From a bacterium (GTDB taxonomy: Bacteria; Arandabacterota; Arandabacteria; Arandabacterales; Arandabacteraceae), in assembly GCA_029933125.1 (NCBI GenBank), contig JAOZOU010000004.1, forward strand, positions 200,879 through 264,878: a stretch of DNA of 64,000 bases. The letters run 5' to 3'. Below are positions 27,335 through 35,647 of this stretch, in pieces (positions within the stretch are counted from its first letter, which is position 1; each line of letters starts with the position of its first letter). A model generated the notes under the pieces. It did no database searches and was not told the origin of the DNA. It saw nothing but the letters and a program-made list of their open reading frames with translations. The position numbers and the translations under genes are program-made.

Positions 27335-28318
27335 ATGAGACTTAAGCTTGTTCTGGGCGCAGTCCTGATTTTGATTTTGGCGACATGCGTCTTCGGGATG
27401 CAGAACAAGGTTGGCACAGCCGGCGCGCTCTTTCTCAAGATTGGCATGGATGTCAGAGCGGCTGCAATGGGAGAGGCAAGTGGAGCACTTGTTGGAGACG
27501 CCTCGTGTGCATTTGGTAATCCCGCTGGCCTTGCAGGTATTGCCACTAAACAGATATTCATCACCGACACCGAATGGATTGCTGATATAAGGCTTCTTGG
27601 GGGAGCTTATGCCTTTCCTTTTGGCCTCTCAAGTGTGATTGCTTTGAGCGGCGTTTGTGTTGACTACGGTTCGATGCCTATGGTTAGAGAGGCTGAGGCT
27701 GACGCTGTGGTTGAGACCTTCAATCCCAAAGATATTGCTGTCGGGATCTCCTATGCCAGAAGATGGACAAATCGCCTTCTTGTCGGAGGTTCGGCCAAAT
27801 ACATCGATCAGGCTATAGCTGATTATCACTCCCGGGGCATTGCCTTTGACTTCGGCACCATCTACTACACTGGTTTCAGAACGTTAAGACTTGCCATGTC
27901 CACAAGCAACTTTGGACCTGATATGAAGTTTGATGGGACCTACATTGACAAGTATTACATCGGGACAGCATATGTGGAAACGCAGAAGGAATTCGGTACC
28001 TACGATCTTCCGCTAAACTTCAGGATTGCCCTTGCATACGATTTCGATATATCGTCTGGCTCAAAAGTCACAGTTGCTCTTGACGCAACTCATCCTAACG
28101 ACTATTCGGAAAGATTGCACTTTGGGGCTGAATATTCCTGGGATGGAACATTCTTCCTGAGAAGTGGATACACTGTCAATGCTGAGGAGATGGGCTTCTC
28201 CGCCGGCTGTGGTGCGAAGATTTCCACATCCATGGGCGCTGCAAGCTTCGATTACGCCTACACTGATTTCGGAGTCTTCGATGGTGTCCATCACTTTGCT
28301 TTAGGGATTTGCTTCTAA
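27335..28318 (+). CDS. PorV/PorQ-family outer-membrane beta-barrel protein, dedicated paralog (module copy 2)
   Basis: Signal peptide plus GTAGALFLKIGMDVRAAAMGEASGALVGDASCAFGNPAGLAGI. About 327 aa with a C-terminal aromatic residue (LGICF). SD TAGGAGG upstream. Confidence 0.6.
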   Translation: MRLKLVLGAVLILILATCVFGMQNKVGTAGALFLKIGMDVRAAAMGEASGALVGDASCAFGNPAGLAGIATKQIFITDTEWIADIRLLGGAYAFPFGLSSVIALSGVCVDYGSMPMVREAEADAVVETFNPKDIAVGISYARRWTNRLLVGGSAKYIDQAIADYHSRGIAFDFGTIYYTGFRTLRLAMSTSNFGPDMKFDGTYIDKYYIGTAYVETQKEFGTYDLPLNFRIALAYDFDISSGSKVTVALDATHPNDYSERLHFGAEYSWDGTFFLRSGYTVNAEEMGFSAGCGAKISTSMGAASFDYAYTDFGVFDGVHHFALGICF

Positions 28319-28321
28319 CGG

Positions 28322-28360
28322 TGTGGGGCGTCTCACAGGGGCGCCCCACAAATTCTCTCC
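28322..28360 (+). terminator. putative intrinsic terminator after module 2 (stem TGTGGGGCG / CGCCCCACA)
   Basis: 9-bp GC-rich stem, extendable, followed by a weak T-containing tail (AAATTCTCTCC). Located 4 nt after the PorV-like stop. Confidence 0.4.
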
Positions 28361-28426
28361 CACCGCTTAACTCTCGTGCTTGACTCGCTTGCTGTAGTAT
28401 GGTAGTAGTCTCGAGAGGAGGGGTTT

Positions 28427-28891
28427 ATGTATGTTTTGAGGCACGGGCAGAATCCACTCTATCAGGCTGTCAGACTTGGTCTGCCGAATCTATGCTATAC
28501 CTGTGGCATATGTGTTGGGGATTGCCCTGCTGCGCGTTTCTCTGATGACTTCAATCCACGTCAGATATTCCTGAGAGTATCCCTTGGTATTGCTGATGGC
28601 CTCATTGCGGAACAATCCCCAATCTGGAAGTGCACAACTTGCTACACATGTGCTGAAAGATGTCCTGCTGGAGTCAAGCCTGTTGAGGTCATCATTGCCC
28701 TGAGGAATATGTGCTTCCAGGAGGGTATCGTTCCTCATCAGGTAAGCAAGATCCACCAGGCGGTTGTTACAAAGGGGATTGTAAGTGCCCTAACTGAAAC
28801 CATTTTGAGGCGTCGCCGAGAGTTAGGCTTACCTGAGGTTAGTGAAGACTTAGGCGCTATAGTAAAGAGTGTGATCGGTGAGGATGGTTGA
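28427..28891 (+). CDS. heterodisulfide reductase subunit C-like 2x[4Fe-4S] protein
   Basis: Two CxxCxxCxxxCP clusters (CYTCGICVGDCP, CTTCYTCAERCP). 154 aa. Confidence 0.7.
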   Translation: MYVLRHGQNPLYQAVRLGLPNLCYTCGICVGDCPAARFSDDFNPRQIFLRVSLGIADGLIAEQSPIWKCTTCYTCAERCPAGVKPVEVIIALRNMCFQEGIVPHQVSKIHQAVVTKGIVSALTETILRRRRELGLPEVSEDLGAIVKSVIGEDG

Positions 28892-29735
28892 AAAGAGATA
28901 CAAGTTCTTTCCGGGATGCCTTGCACGTGTCAAGCTGCCTCACATTGAGAAGTCAGTAAGGACAGTGCTCGAAGCAGTTAGGGTCGAGCTGGTTGATGTT
29001 AATGAGTTCACGTGCTGTCCGGACCCCGTTGTCTTTAGATCTGCATCAAGGCTAGAGTGGTTGCTTCTTGCAGGTCATAACCTCTCACTCGACGGGGGGG
29101 ATCCGATTTTGACCCTGTGCCCTGGGTGCGCATCATCCCTGGCTGAGGCCTCCTTTGTTTTGAAAAATGAGATGGAAACAGCACGTCGTGTCACAGAAGC
29201 TCTTAAGTTGAACCATGAATTCATAATCCCACAGGTGAGTCATTTCTTGAAAGTACTCGCTGGCGAGGAAATCCTTGAGAGCATAAAGGGGATGGTTAAG
29301 CGCGATCTAAGTGGTTTGAGGGTTGCAACCCATTATGGCTGCCATCTTGTGAGACCGTCTTTTGCTGTTGGTTTTGACGATCCTGAAAAGCCAAAATCAC
29401 TCGATGACGTAGTTGCTGCAACTGGTGCTATGGTGGTAGAATACGAGGACAAGATGCTTTGCTGTGGGCGTCCTGCAATAGACGAAGAGACTTCAAGAGC
29501 GATCCTGGAACACAAGTTGGAATGTCTTAGGGATGCGAGCTGTGACATCCTTGTGGTTGCCTGCCCATTCTGCTTTGAGCAATTTGACCTTGGGCAAGTA
29601 GTTCTTGCAAGAAAGAAGGGCAGGGATTACAATCTACCTATTCTCTATGTAAGCCAGCTCATAGAAATTGGAATGGGTATGAGTGGAGAAGCGAGCTGGA
29701 AATACCATCGCATTAAACCTCATAAATTACTTTAA
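28878..29735 (+). CDS. heterodisulfide reductase subunit B-like protein (two CCG domains)
   Basis: Two CCG-domain Cys patterns (EFTCCPDP...CPGC and MLCCGRP...CPFC). 285 aa. Overlaps the HdrC-like stop. Confidence 0.7.
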   Translation: MRMVEKRYKFFPGCLARVKLPHIEKSVRTVLEAVRVELVDVNEFTCCPDPVVFRSASRLEWLLLAGHNLSLDGGDPILTLCPGCASSLAEASFVLKNEMETARRVTEALKLNHEFIIPQVSHFLKVLAGEEILESIKGMVKRDLSGLRVATHYGCHLVRPSFAVGFDDPEKPKSLDDVVAATGAMVVEYEDKMLCCGRPAIDEETSRAILEHKLECLRDASCDILVVACPFCFEQFDLGQVVLARKKGRDYNLPILYVSQLIEIGMGMSGEASWKYHRIKPHKLL

Positions 29736-29740
29736 GTACC

Positions 29741-31123
29741 ATGGATAACCGCCCTGATTTATTGGTAATTGGAGGAGGCGTTGGGGGCTACATCGCAGCC
29801 CTGAGGGCAGCTTCTTCTGGCATGCGTGTGGCTCTCGTTGAGCGCGATCTCGTCGGTGGCACATGTCTCAACGTTGGATGCATTCCGACAAAAGCTCTCC
29901 TTGAGAGTGCAAGAATCCTGCGGCTGAGTCAGCGAGCGGGTGACTTTGGTATAGCTTTGGGCAAGCCAGCCTTTGATGTGTCAGAAGCTGTGGGACGCTC
30001 GAGAAGAATCGTGGAAACGCTACGCAAGGGGGTTGAGAGTCTTCTCAGGGCTAGGAAGGTTGAGATTGTGCGTGGAAATGCCAGGCTTAGGGATAGCAGA
30101 AGGGTGGAGGTGGAGAGTGGGACTACAACCAGTGAGATCGAAGCACATTATATTGTGATAGCCACAGGCTCATCCTGGATCAGCATTCCGGGCATCGAGC
30201 CAGATGGCATACGTGTGATAACCAGTGACCATGCTCTTTTCCCTGATGAGATTCCCGCCTCGATGGTGATTGTTGGCGCTGGAGCCGTAGGATGTGAATT
30301 TGCTGAGATCTATTCAGCATTTGGGACCAAGGTCACCTTGATAGAGATGATGGGGAGTATTCTGCCTGGGGAAGATAAGGAACTTGCTCGCAGGCTTGAG
30401 ACAGCCCTTAAGCGCAAAGGCATAGAAGTGCTGACATCAACCAAGGTTAGGCGTATTGCCGGAAATTCCAGAGGCTTGGTTGTTGAAACAGAAAATGGGA
30501 GAGGTATCGAGGCAACGAAGGTGCTTCTGGCTGTTGGACGAAAATCCAATGTGGATGGGATTGGTCTTGAGGAGGCAGGTGTTGATTTCAGTGCTAAAGG
30601 GATAGCAGTGGATAGCACCATGAAGACAAACGTTGACGGCATTTTTGCAATCGGTGATGTTACGGGGCGATACATGCTAGCTCATGTTGCAATGAATCAG
30701 GCAATGGTTGCCATAGAAAATATGCTCGGACGTCATTCATCTTTCAACTATGAGAGGGTTCCCCGTTGTGTTTATACAGAGCCGGAATACGCTGCTGTTG
30801 GCAAGACTGAGGAAATGGCTAGGCAGGAAGGAGCGAGTGTGGAAGTTAAGCGAGTTCGTCTGGGGCGGATCGGCAGGGCGCTTACACTGGGAGAGACCTT
30901 CGGGCTTGCAAAGATCGTGATAGACTCTGCCGAAAAAAGACTCTTAGGATTACAGATACTTGCGCCCCATGCTTCGGAGTTCATAACCGAGGCGACTCTT
31001 GCTCTGGGCAATGAACTTGGACTGAGGGCGCTTGGAGAATCAATTCATCCTCATCCAACACTTTCGGAGATTGTCTGGGAGAGTGCACTTTTAGCCCTTG
31101 GAAAGGCGATACATGCTGATTGA
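29741..31123 (+). CDS. lpdA: dihydrolipoyl (dihydrolipoamide) dehydrogenase, E3 flavoprotein disulfide reductase
   Basis: FAD-binding GGGVGGY, redox-active disulfide GGTCLNVGCIPTK, a second NAD-binding GxGxxG (VGAGAVGCEFAE), and a C-terminal His-Pro interface motif (HPHPT). Confidence 0.85.
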   Translation: MDNRPDLLVIGGGVGGYIAALRAASSGMRVALVERDLVGGTCLNVGCIPTKALLESARILRLSQRAGDFGIALGKPAFDVSEAVGRSRRIVETLRKGVESLLRARKVEIVRGNARLRDSRRVEVESGTTTSEIEAHYIVIATGSSWISIPGIEPDGIRVITSDHALFPDEIPASMVIVGAGAVGCEFAEIYSAFGTKVTLIEMMGSILPGEDKELARRLETALKRKGIEVLTSTKVRRIAGNSRGLVVETENGRGIEATKVLLAVGRKSNVDGIGLEEAGVDFSAKGIAVDSTMKTNVDGIFAIGDVTGRYMLAHVAMNQAMVAIENMLGRHSSFNYERVPRCVYTEPEYAAVGKTEEMARQEGASVEVKRVRLGRIGRALTLGETFGLAKIVIDSAEKRLLGLQILAPHASEFITEATLALGNELGLRALGESIHPHPTLSEIVWESALLALGKAIHAD

Positions 31124-31185
31124 GATTGACTCAGTCAGAGGGAAAGTGGTAGAAGTGTCGAAAGTCACTGTGGGGTGTTGCAATC

Positions 31186-31797
31186 TTGGGTGAGATAAAC
31201 AGGCTTTACAAGGCAGATCAATCGAAGGTGATTGATGGGGTATGTGCTGGTTTTGCAGAGTTCATTGGTATTGATGCTTTCTGGGTGAGGGTGGGCTGGG
31301 CTCTGCTTACCCTGCTCGGTGGTATCGGGATAGTGGCTTATCTGCTTGCGATGTATCTTTTTCCCCGAAAGCAGAATGAGGGTAGCTCGTCTGTGAAAGC
31401 CGAAGGCCATCCAAGGATGGCAATAGGTGGTGTCATTCTCCTCGCTGTCGGTGTGCTTATTCTCCTGAGGCTCTTTGGAATTGTTCACTATGATTTCTGG
31501 GCCGCATGGGATATTGCTTGGTCAATTCTCTGGCCACTTTCTCTCATAGGTGGTGGAGCAATTCTTTTGCTCTCATACTGGCGGCAGAGTCGAGAGGGTG
31601 ATATGAAGCTCCAAAGGAGCCTAGATGACAAGAGGATATTGGGTGTCTGCGGGGCTCTTGGAAGGTTCTACAAAATCGATCCTAATGTTGTAAGATTCAT
31701 TTTTGCTCTTGCGATAATTCTATCGCGAGGCATCGCACTTATCGTCTATGTAACAATGGTAATTCTCATACCCCATGAGGCACGGGAAGCGAAGTGA
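31186..31797 (+). CDS. PspC-domain membrane protein (two PspC domains)
   Basis: KVIDGVCAGFAEFIGIDAFWVRVGWALLTLLG and KRILGVCGALGRFYKIDPNVVRFIFALAIILS are both PspC-domain signatures. TTG start. Confidence 0.6.
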   Translation: MGEINRLYKADQSKVIDGVCAGFAEFIGIDAFWVRVGWALLTLLGGIGIVAYLLAMYLFPRKQNEGSSSVKAEGHPRMAIGGVILLAVGVLILLRLFGIVHYDFWAAWDIAWSILWPLSLIGGGAILLLSYWRQSREGDMKLQRSLDDKRILGVCGALGRFYKIDPNVVRFIFALAIILSRGIALIVYVTMVILIPHEAREAK

Positions 31798-31819
31798 CTT
31801 GGGTTTACGCCAACCTCTC

Positions 31820-32332
31820 CTAGAAGCAGTTCTTGACTTTCAGTGCTGCTACGTACTCACTCTCGTTTAAGAGTTTCACATCGAGCCTCATCTGTGGGCG
31901 GATCCGCACGTGCTCAGTGCATGGACTGAAAATCTTGGCTTTATGCGCTGCTGAGCTTTCCTTGAGTACCACATACTTTGGCAGAAGGTTATCCCTGGAT
32001 GGGATGAACCAGACAACAACAGTCTCATCGGCTTCCATGTTTACGGGAAGACGCAGCTCGTAAGAGCCAGCTTCAGTGCTCGTTGTTGACTGTATAAGCC
32101 TACCATCTGCAAAGAGCTTAACGATGACCCCGGGCAGAGGCTTTCCGGATGAATCAGTGACTTCACCGGCTATCATTTGCTCGGGAAATGGCAGGGGAGA
32201 ACCTGTATCGATATTTCGAATGTCTTTCGACTGTGGCTTTTGCTCCCCTGGAGCGGTGGAAGGCTCAGCCGCATAAGCAGCCACACCGAAAATCAGTAAG
32301 CCCACGACAATTAGCATGAGATACTTTCCCAA
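31820..32332 (-). CDS. hypothetical secreted protein with carboxypeptidase-regulatory-like beta-sandwich
   Basis: Signal peptide, then GEVTDSSGKPLPGVIVKLFADGRL...GSYELRLP. Strong SD (GGAGGG) and a TTGACA-N17-TATTTT promoter upstream on the - strand. Confidence 0.45.
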   Translation of the reverse strand: MGKYLMLIVVGLLIFGVAAYAAEPSTAPGEQKPQSKDIRNIDTGSPLPFPEQMIAGEVTDSSGKPLPGVIVKLFADGRLIQSTTSTEAGSYELRLPVNMEADETVVVWFIPSRDNLLPKYVVLKESSAAHKAKIFSPCTEHVRIRPQMRLDVKLLNESEYVAALKVKNCF

Positions 32333-32359
32333 GGTAATCCCTCCTTTCTTTTCAAGAGC

Positions 32360-32388
32360 AAAATACCAAAGACTCTAAGAAGTGTCAA
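32360..32388 (-). promoter_or_regulatory. sigma-70-like promoter (TTGACA-N17-TATTTT on - strand) for the 31820-32332 gene
   Basis: Reverse complement of 32383-32388 is TTGACA and of 32360-32365 is TATTTT. SD GGAGGG precedes TTG 32332. Confidence 0.4.
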
Positions 32389-32397
32389 CTGCCATGC

Positions 32398-32426
32398 TTG
32401 CCTTTATGGGTGTCTATTGTTATCTT
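32398..32426 (+). promoter_or_regulatory. possible promoter TTGCCT-N17-TATCTT for the FmdB-family gene
   Basis: Divergent from the promoter above. About 25 nt upstream of ATG 32452. Confidence 0.3.
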
Positions 32427-32451
32427 TTGACACCACGAGGAGGTAACGGAA

Positions 32452-32688
32452 ATGCCAACCTATGATTATGAGTGCAGCGTTTGTGGTAAGAGAATTGCAG
32501 TTGAGCAGAGTATCAATGATAAGCCTCTCAAGAAGTGCCCTAGGTGCGGAGGGAAACTTGAAAAGCTCTTGCCTCAGACCGTCAATCTCATCTTCCGTGG
32601 TTCGGGCTTCTATGTAACCGATTATAAGCACTCTGACAATTCACGAAAGCCAAAGACTGGTGATAAGGCTAAGGAGGAGGACAAATAG
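32452..32688 (+). CDS. FmdB-family zinc-ribbon protein
   Basis: MPTYDYECSVCGKRI...CPRCGG is the classic TIGR02605 CxxC...CxxC pattern. 78 aa. Confidence 0.7.
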   Translation: MPTYDYECSVCGKRIAVEQSINDKPLKKCPRCGGKLEKLLPQTVNLIFRGSGFYVTDYKHSDNSRKPKTGDKAKEEDK

Positions 32689-32694
32689 AAGTCT

Positions 32695-33138
32695 TTACTT
32701 CGCCCAATATTTCTTGGCTATCTCAGCAAGGATACGCTCTATCTGCTGCTTCACCTTAGCTTCAGCGCTCGGCTCGAAAAATGCCTTTTCTACCCTGCCA
32801 AGGCTGTCCTTCTTGACATAGCGCAATGACTTTAAGGCTTCCATGGGGATGAGAATATCCTTTGAGACACGTACCTCAAGAGGTGTTCCATCACAGCGTG
32901 TCTTGGGATTGTTGTATGGATTCATTCCCATTGCCCAACCATGAGCAAGCATACCACAAAATGCGACCCGTAGCTTTTGCCAGTCTTTCTTGGTAACACT
33001 TTTGAGCTCGCTCGCTAGCTTGGCTACCACCCCATCAACAACAGCAGCAGCTCTACGTGCCGTGGATTCATCAAGTGATATCTTTGCAAGGTTGACAAAC
33101 ATGTGGCTTATTATCTTATGGGTATCCGACATCTTCAT
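32695..33138 (-). CDS. hypothetical cytoplasmic protein
   Basis: 147-aa ORF with an intergenic promoter region upstream. No recognisable motif. Confidence 0.35.
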   Translation of the reverse strand: MKMSDTHKIISHMFVNLAKISLDESTARRAAAVVDGVVAKLASELKSVTKKDWQKLRVAFCGMLAHGWAMGMNPYNNPKTRCDGTPLEVRVSKDILIPMEALKSLRYVKKDSLGRVEKAFFEPSAEAKVKQQIERILAEIAKKYWAK

Positions 33139-33300
33139 CTACCTCTCGAAGTCAAGTATGTCCTTTTCAAACACTTAATCGGCAAGATTAAGCAAGTCAT
33201 TGAGCAAAATCACATTGACACGGCCTATCCTTTGTTGAACAATATGATGACAAGCGTTTGGCCTGTGTCAAGTAATTTACCATATTCACGGAGCAATTGA

Positions 33301-33951
33301 ATGGTGCAAAAAAGCATTTTCGTGGTCTTTCTCATCGGTGCGATATCGGTTTCTTACTGCCTTGCCAAGGAGGCGGTCCCGACGAATCTCGAGCTTGTTG
33401 AGATGGCAGCGAGACAGGCTGTTGACTCGATTACCATCGGCGGCGCAAGAATGTCTAATCCGCGGCTCTATGTGGAGATGCAGTCTGCTGGTGAAGCATC
33501 CTGGTTGCTTGATAATCTCTTGAAGGAAAAGCTTCTCAACCTGGGTTGGCAGGTTGTAAGCGGACAGGCTCAATCCGGAGCCAGAAGTGACACAACAAGC
33601 GAAGGTTACAAACTCAATGTTCAGGTTATCGAACTTGGACTTCATTACGGGAAAGTGTGGCGCCGCTACTTGCTTGCAGGCAAGATGGTTGAGCGTATCG
33701 CAAGAGTCGCTCTGTACTATGAGCTCATTGACGGAATGTCAGGTGAGGTTCTGGAAGCCTCCAATTCGAAGGCTGAGGTTAGGGATGTTGTTCCTGCGTC
33801 GCTTCTTGGAACCCTTGCTGAAACAAAGTATGGTTTTGCCAAGCCTGAGCTTCAAAAGACAACCTGGGATCGCTATCTTGAAGGCGGGCTTGTACTTACT
33901 ATAATAGGAGTGCTGGTCTATCTATTCTATTCGAACAAGACGGCTTCATAG
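33301..33951 (+). CDS. hypothetical exported protein with C-terminal membrane anchor
   Basis: Signal peptide (FVVFLIGAISVSYCLA) and a C-terminal TM segment (GGLVLTIIGVLVYLFY). Sits immediately upstream of bamD. Confidence 0.4.
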   Translation: MVQKSIFVVFLIGAISVSYCLAKEAVPTNLELVEMAARQAVDSITIGGARMSNPRLYVEMQSAGEASWLLDNLLKEKLLNLGWQVVSGQAQSGARSDTTSEGYKLNVQVIELGLHYGKVWRRYLLAGKMVERIARVALYYELIDGMSGEVLEASNSKAEVRDVVPASLLGTLAETKYGFAKPELQKTTWDRYLEGGLVLTIIGVLVYLFYSNKTAS

Positions 33952-33970
33952 ATCTTCGATTGGAGCAGCA

Positions 33971-34723
33971 ATGCGTCAAAGTGTTCTGATTGTTGTCAGT
34001 CTTCTGCTCTCGCTAGGAGCCTGTGCTCGCCAGGTACGGGAAGCAATGTACCCGGAGGATCGCCTTGCCCTGGCTGAACGCCTGAGATCGGAGGGGAAGT
34101 GCCTCAAGGCAATTCCTGAGTATGAAAAGCTCCTCTCTGAATTTCCTGCTCAGCAAATCGCCGAAAAAGCCCAGTTCAACCTCGCCCAATGTCATAAGGA
34201 CCTTAAGGAGTATGATCTTGCTGTTTCAGGCTTTGAGGACTTCATTGACACCTATCCAACAAGTCCCCTCGTTGACGATGCAATGTACATGATTGCAATG
34301 TGTTACCTCGAGCAATCTCCTATAGCCGAACGTGACCAGACGATGACACGCAAGGCACTTGATGAACTCAATCTCATTCTACGAGAGTATCCAGATACGG
34401 ATCTCAAGGATAAGGTTGAAAAAGCGATTGCTAAGTGTCGCTCGAAGCTTGCGAAGAAGGAGTACCTTAACGGGAGACTTTACTTGGGGCTTGGTTACTA
34501 TAAGTCAGCAATCATCTATTTTGATAGTGTTCTTCATGATTATCCGGATACACCGTGGGTAGGTCCTGCTTTGCTAGGCAAAGGTATGGCACTTGCTGCT
34601 CAGGGTAAGACTGATGAGGCACGAGCTGTATTCGAGGAAATAATAGATCGCTTTCCCTCAACCCGTATTGCTGAGGATGCTTCAAGGCACCTTCATCAGC
34701 TCGGAGGTGAAAAAAAGATCTGA
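33971..34723 (+). CDS. bamD: outer-membrane protein assembly factor BamD-like TPR lipoprotein
   Basis: Lipobox (LLLSLGAC) and TPR-like repeats (FNLAQCHKDLKEYDLAVSGFEDFIDTYPTSPLVDDAMYMIAMCY). Confidence 0.6.
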   Translation: MRQSVLIVVSLLLSLGACARQVREAMYPEDRLALAERLRSEGKCLKAIPEYEKLLSEFPAQQIAEKAQFNLAQCHKDLKEYDLAVSGFEDFIDTYPTSPLVDDAMYMIAMCYLEQSPIAERDQTMTRKALDELNLILREYPDTDLKDKVEKAIAKCRSKLAKKEYLNGRLYLGLGYYKSAIIYFDSVLHDYPDTPWVGPALLGKGMALAAQGKTDEARAVFEEIIDRFPSTRIAEDASRHLHQLGGEKKI

Positions 34724-35334
34724 CAGGTGGCCTTCACAGGATAAGCAATCTTAAGCGGATTGGGATCTTCGGTGGAACCTTTGACCCTGTCCACCTCGGG
34801 CATCTTGTCTGCGCTGAACAAGTGAGAGAAAGTATTGGACTTGATGCTGTAGTTTTCATTCCCTGCGCCGTTCCTCCTCATAAGCCAGGTTATACCCCAG
34901 TAGCATCCTCGCACCGTCTGGCGATGCTTGAGCTTGCGCTTGAGGACAATCCTAGCTTTTTGCTTTCGGATATCGAGATACAACGTGGAGGTATCTCTTA
35001 TACCGTCGATACCCTGACCCAGCTTCGCAGAGATCTTGGAAACGATCGCGAGATTTGGCTCATTCTTGGACTTGATTCTTATCTTGAAATGCCAAGCTGG
35101 AAGCAACCTGACAAGATTGTCTCTCAGTGCAATCTTGCTATTGCGCGCAGGCCTGGCTATGCCATTCCTTCCGCTGTGAGCTCTAAGGCTAAAGTCAGGT
35201 TTGTCGAGATAACAGGAATAGAGATTTCTTCAAGCGAGATCCGGAGCAGGATGGCACAGGGCAAGAGCATCAGATATCTTGTTCCTCATAAAGTCGAAGC
35301 CTATATTCAGAAGCATGGCATATACAAGGGGTGA
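34720..35334 (+). CDS. nadD: nicotinate-nucleotide adenylyltransferase; N-terminus requires a non-canonical start (CTG 34720 or similar)
   Basis: RIGIFGGTFDPVHLGHL is the (H/T)xGH nucleotidyltransferase motif, with SYTVDTL later in the protein. The in-frame stop at 34708-34710 leaves no ATG/GTG/TTG upstream of the motif. The ORF-track start at GTG 34822 would delete it. Confidence 0.6.
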   Translation: MTGGLHRISNLKRIGIFGGTFDPVHLGHLVCAEQVRESIGLDAVVFIPCAVPPHKPGYTPVASSHRLAMLELALEDNPSFLLSDIEIQRGGISYTVDTLTQLRRDLGNDREIWLILGLDSYLEMPSWKQPDKIVSQCNLAIARRPGYAIPSAVSSKAKVRFVEITGIEISSSEIRSRMAQGKSIRYLVPHKVEAYIQKHGIYKG

Positions 35335-35355
35335 TCACATACGACTATCTTCGAG

Positions 35356-35384
35356 TTGACGATTAACTTTGAATGTGCTAACTT
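35356..35384 (+). promoter_or_regulatory. sigma-70-like promoter TTGACG-N17-TAACTT upstream of korDABG
   Basis: Sits in the 93-nt gap after nadD. The 44-nt leader includes GAGGGAG before ATG 35428. Confidence 0.4.
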
Positions 35385-35427
35385 ACATAGGTTTGATACT
35401 TTACAACGTGATTGAGGGAGATGAAAC

Positions 35428-35631
35428 ATGCCTGATGTAAAGGTGAATAAAGAGCGTTGCAAAGGTTGTGAGCTTTGTATAGTTTTCTGTCCCAAGCATT
35501 CGCTCGAGCTCTCAGCGAAGTTCAATTCAAAGGGCTACCATTACCCTGAATTTAGCCATCCTGACACATGTACGGGGTGCGCTATCTGCGGGCGAATGTG
35601 TCCAGAGGTTGCCCTGGAGATTTACAAATAG
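35428..35631 (+). CDS. korD: 2-oxoacid:ferredoxin oxidoreductase delta subunit (2x[4Fe-4S] ferredoxin)
   Basis: CKGCELCIVFCP and CTGCAICGRMCP. 67 aa. Confidence 0.7.
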   Translation: MPDVKVNKERCKGCELCIVFCPKHSLELSAKFNSKGYHYPEFSHPDTCTGCAICGRMCPEVALEIYK

Positions 35632-35647
35632 GAAAGGTAGGCGAGTA

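Noticed and set aside
28380-28408. TTGACT -35-like hexamer upstream of the hdrC-like gene
   Set aside because: No acceptable -10 hexamer lies at a 16-18 nt spacing (only TAGTAG), so it was left uncalled.
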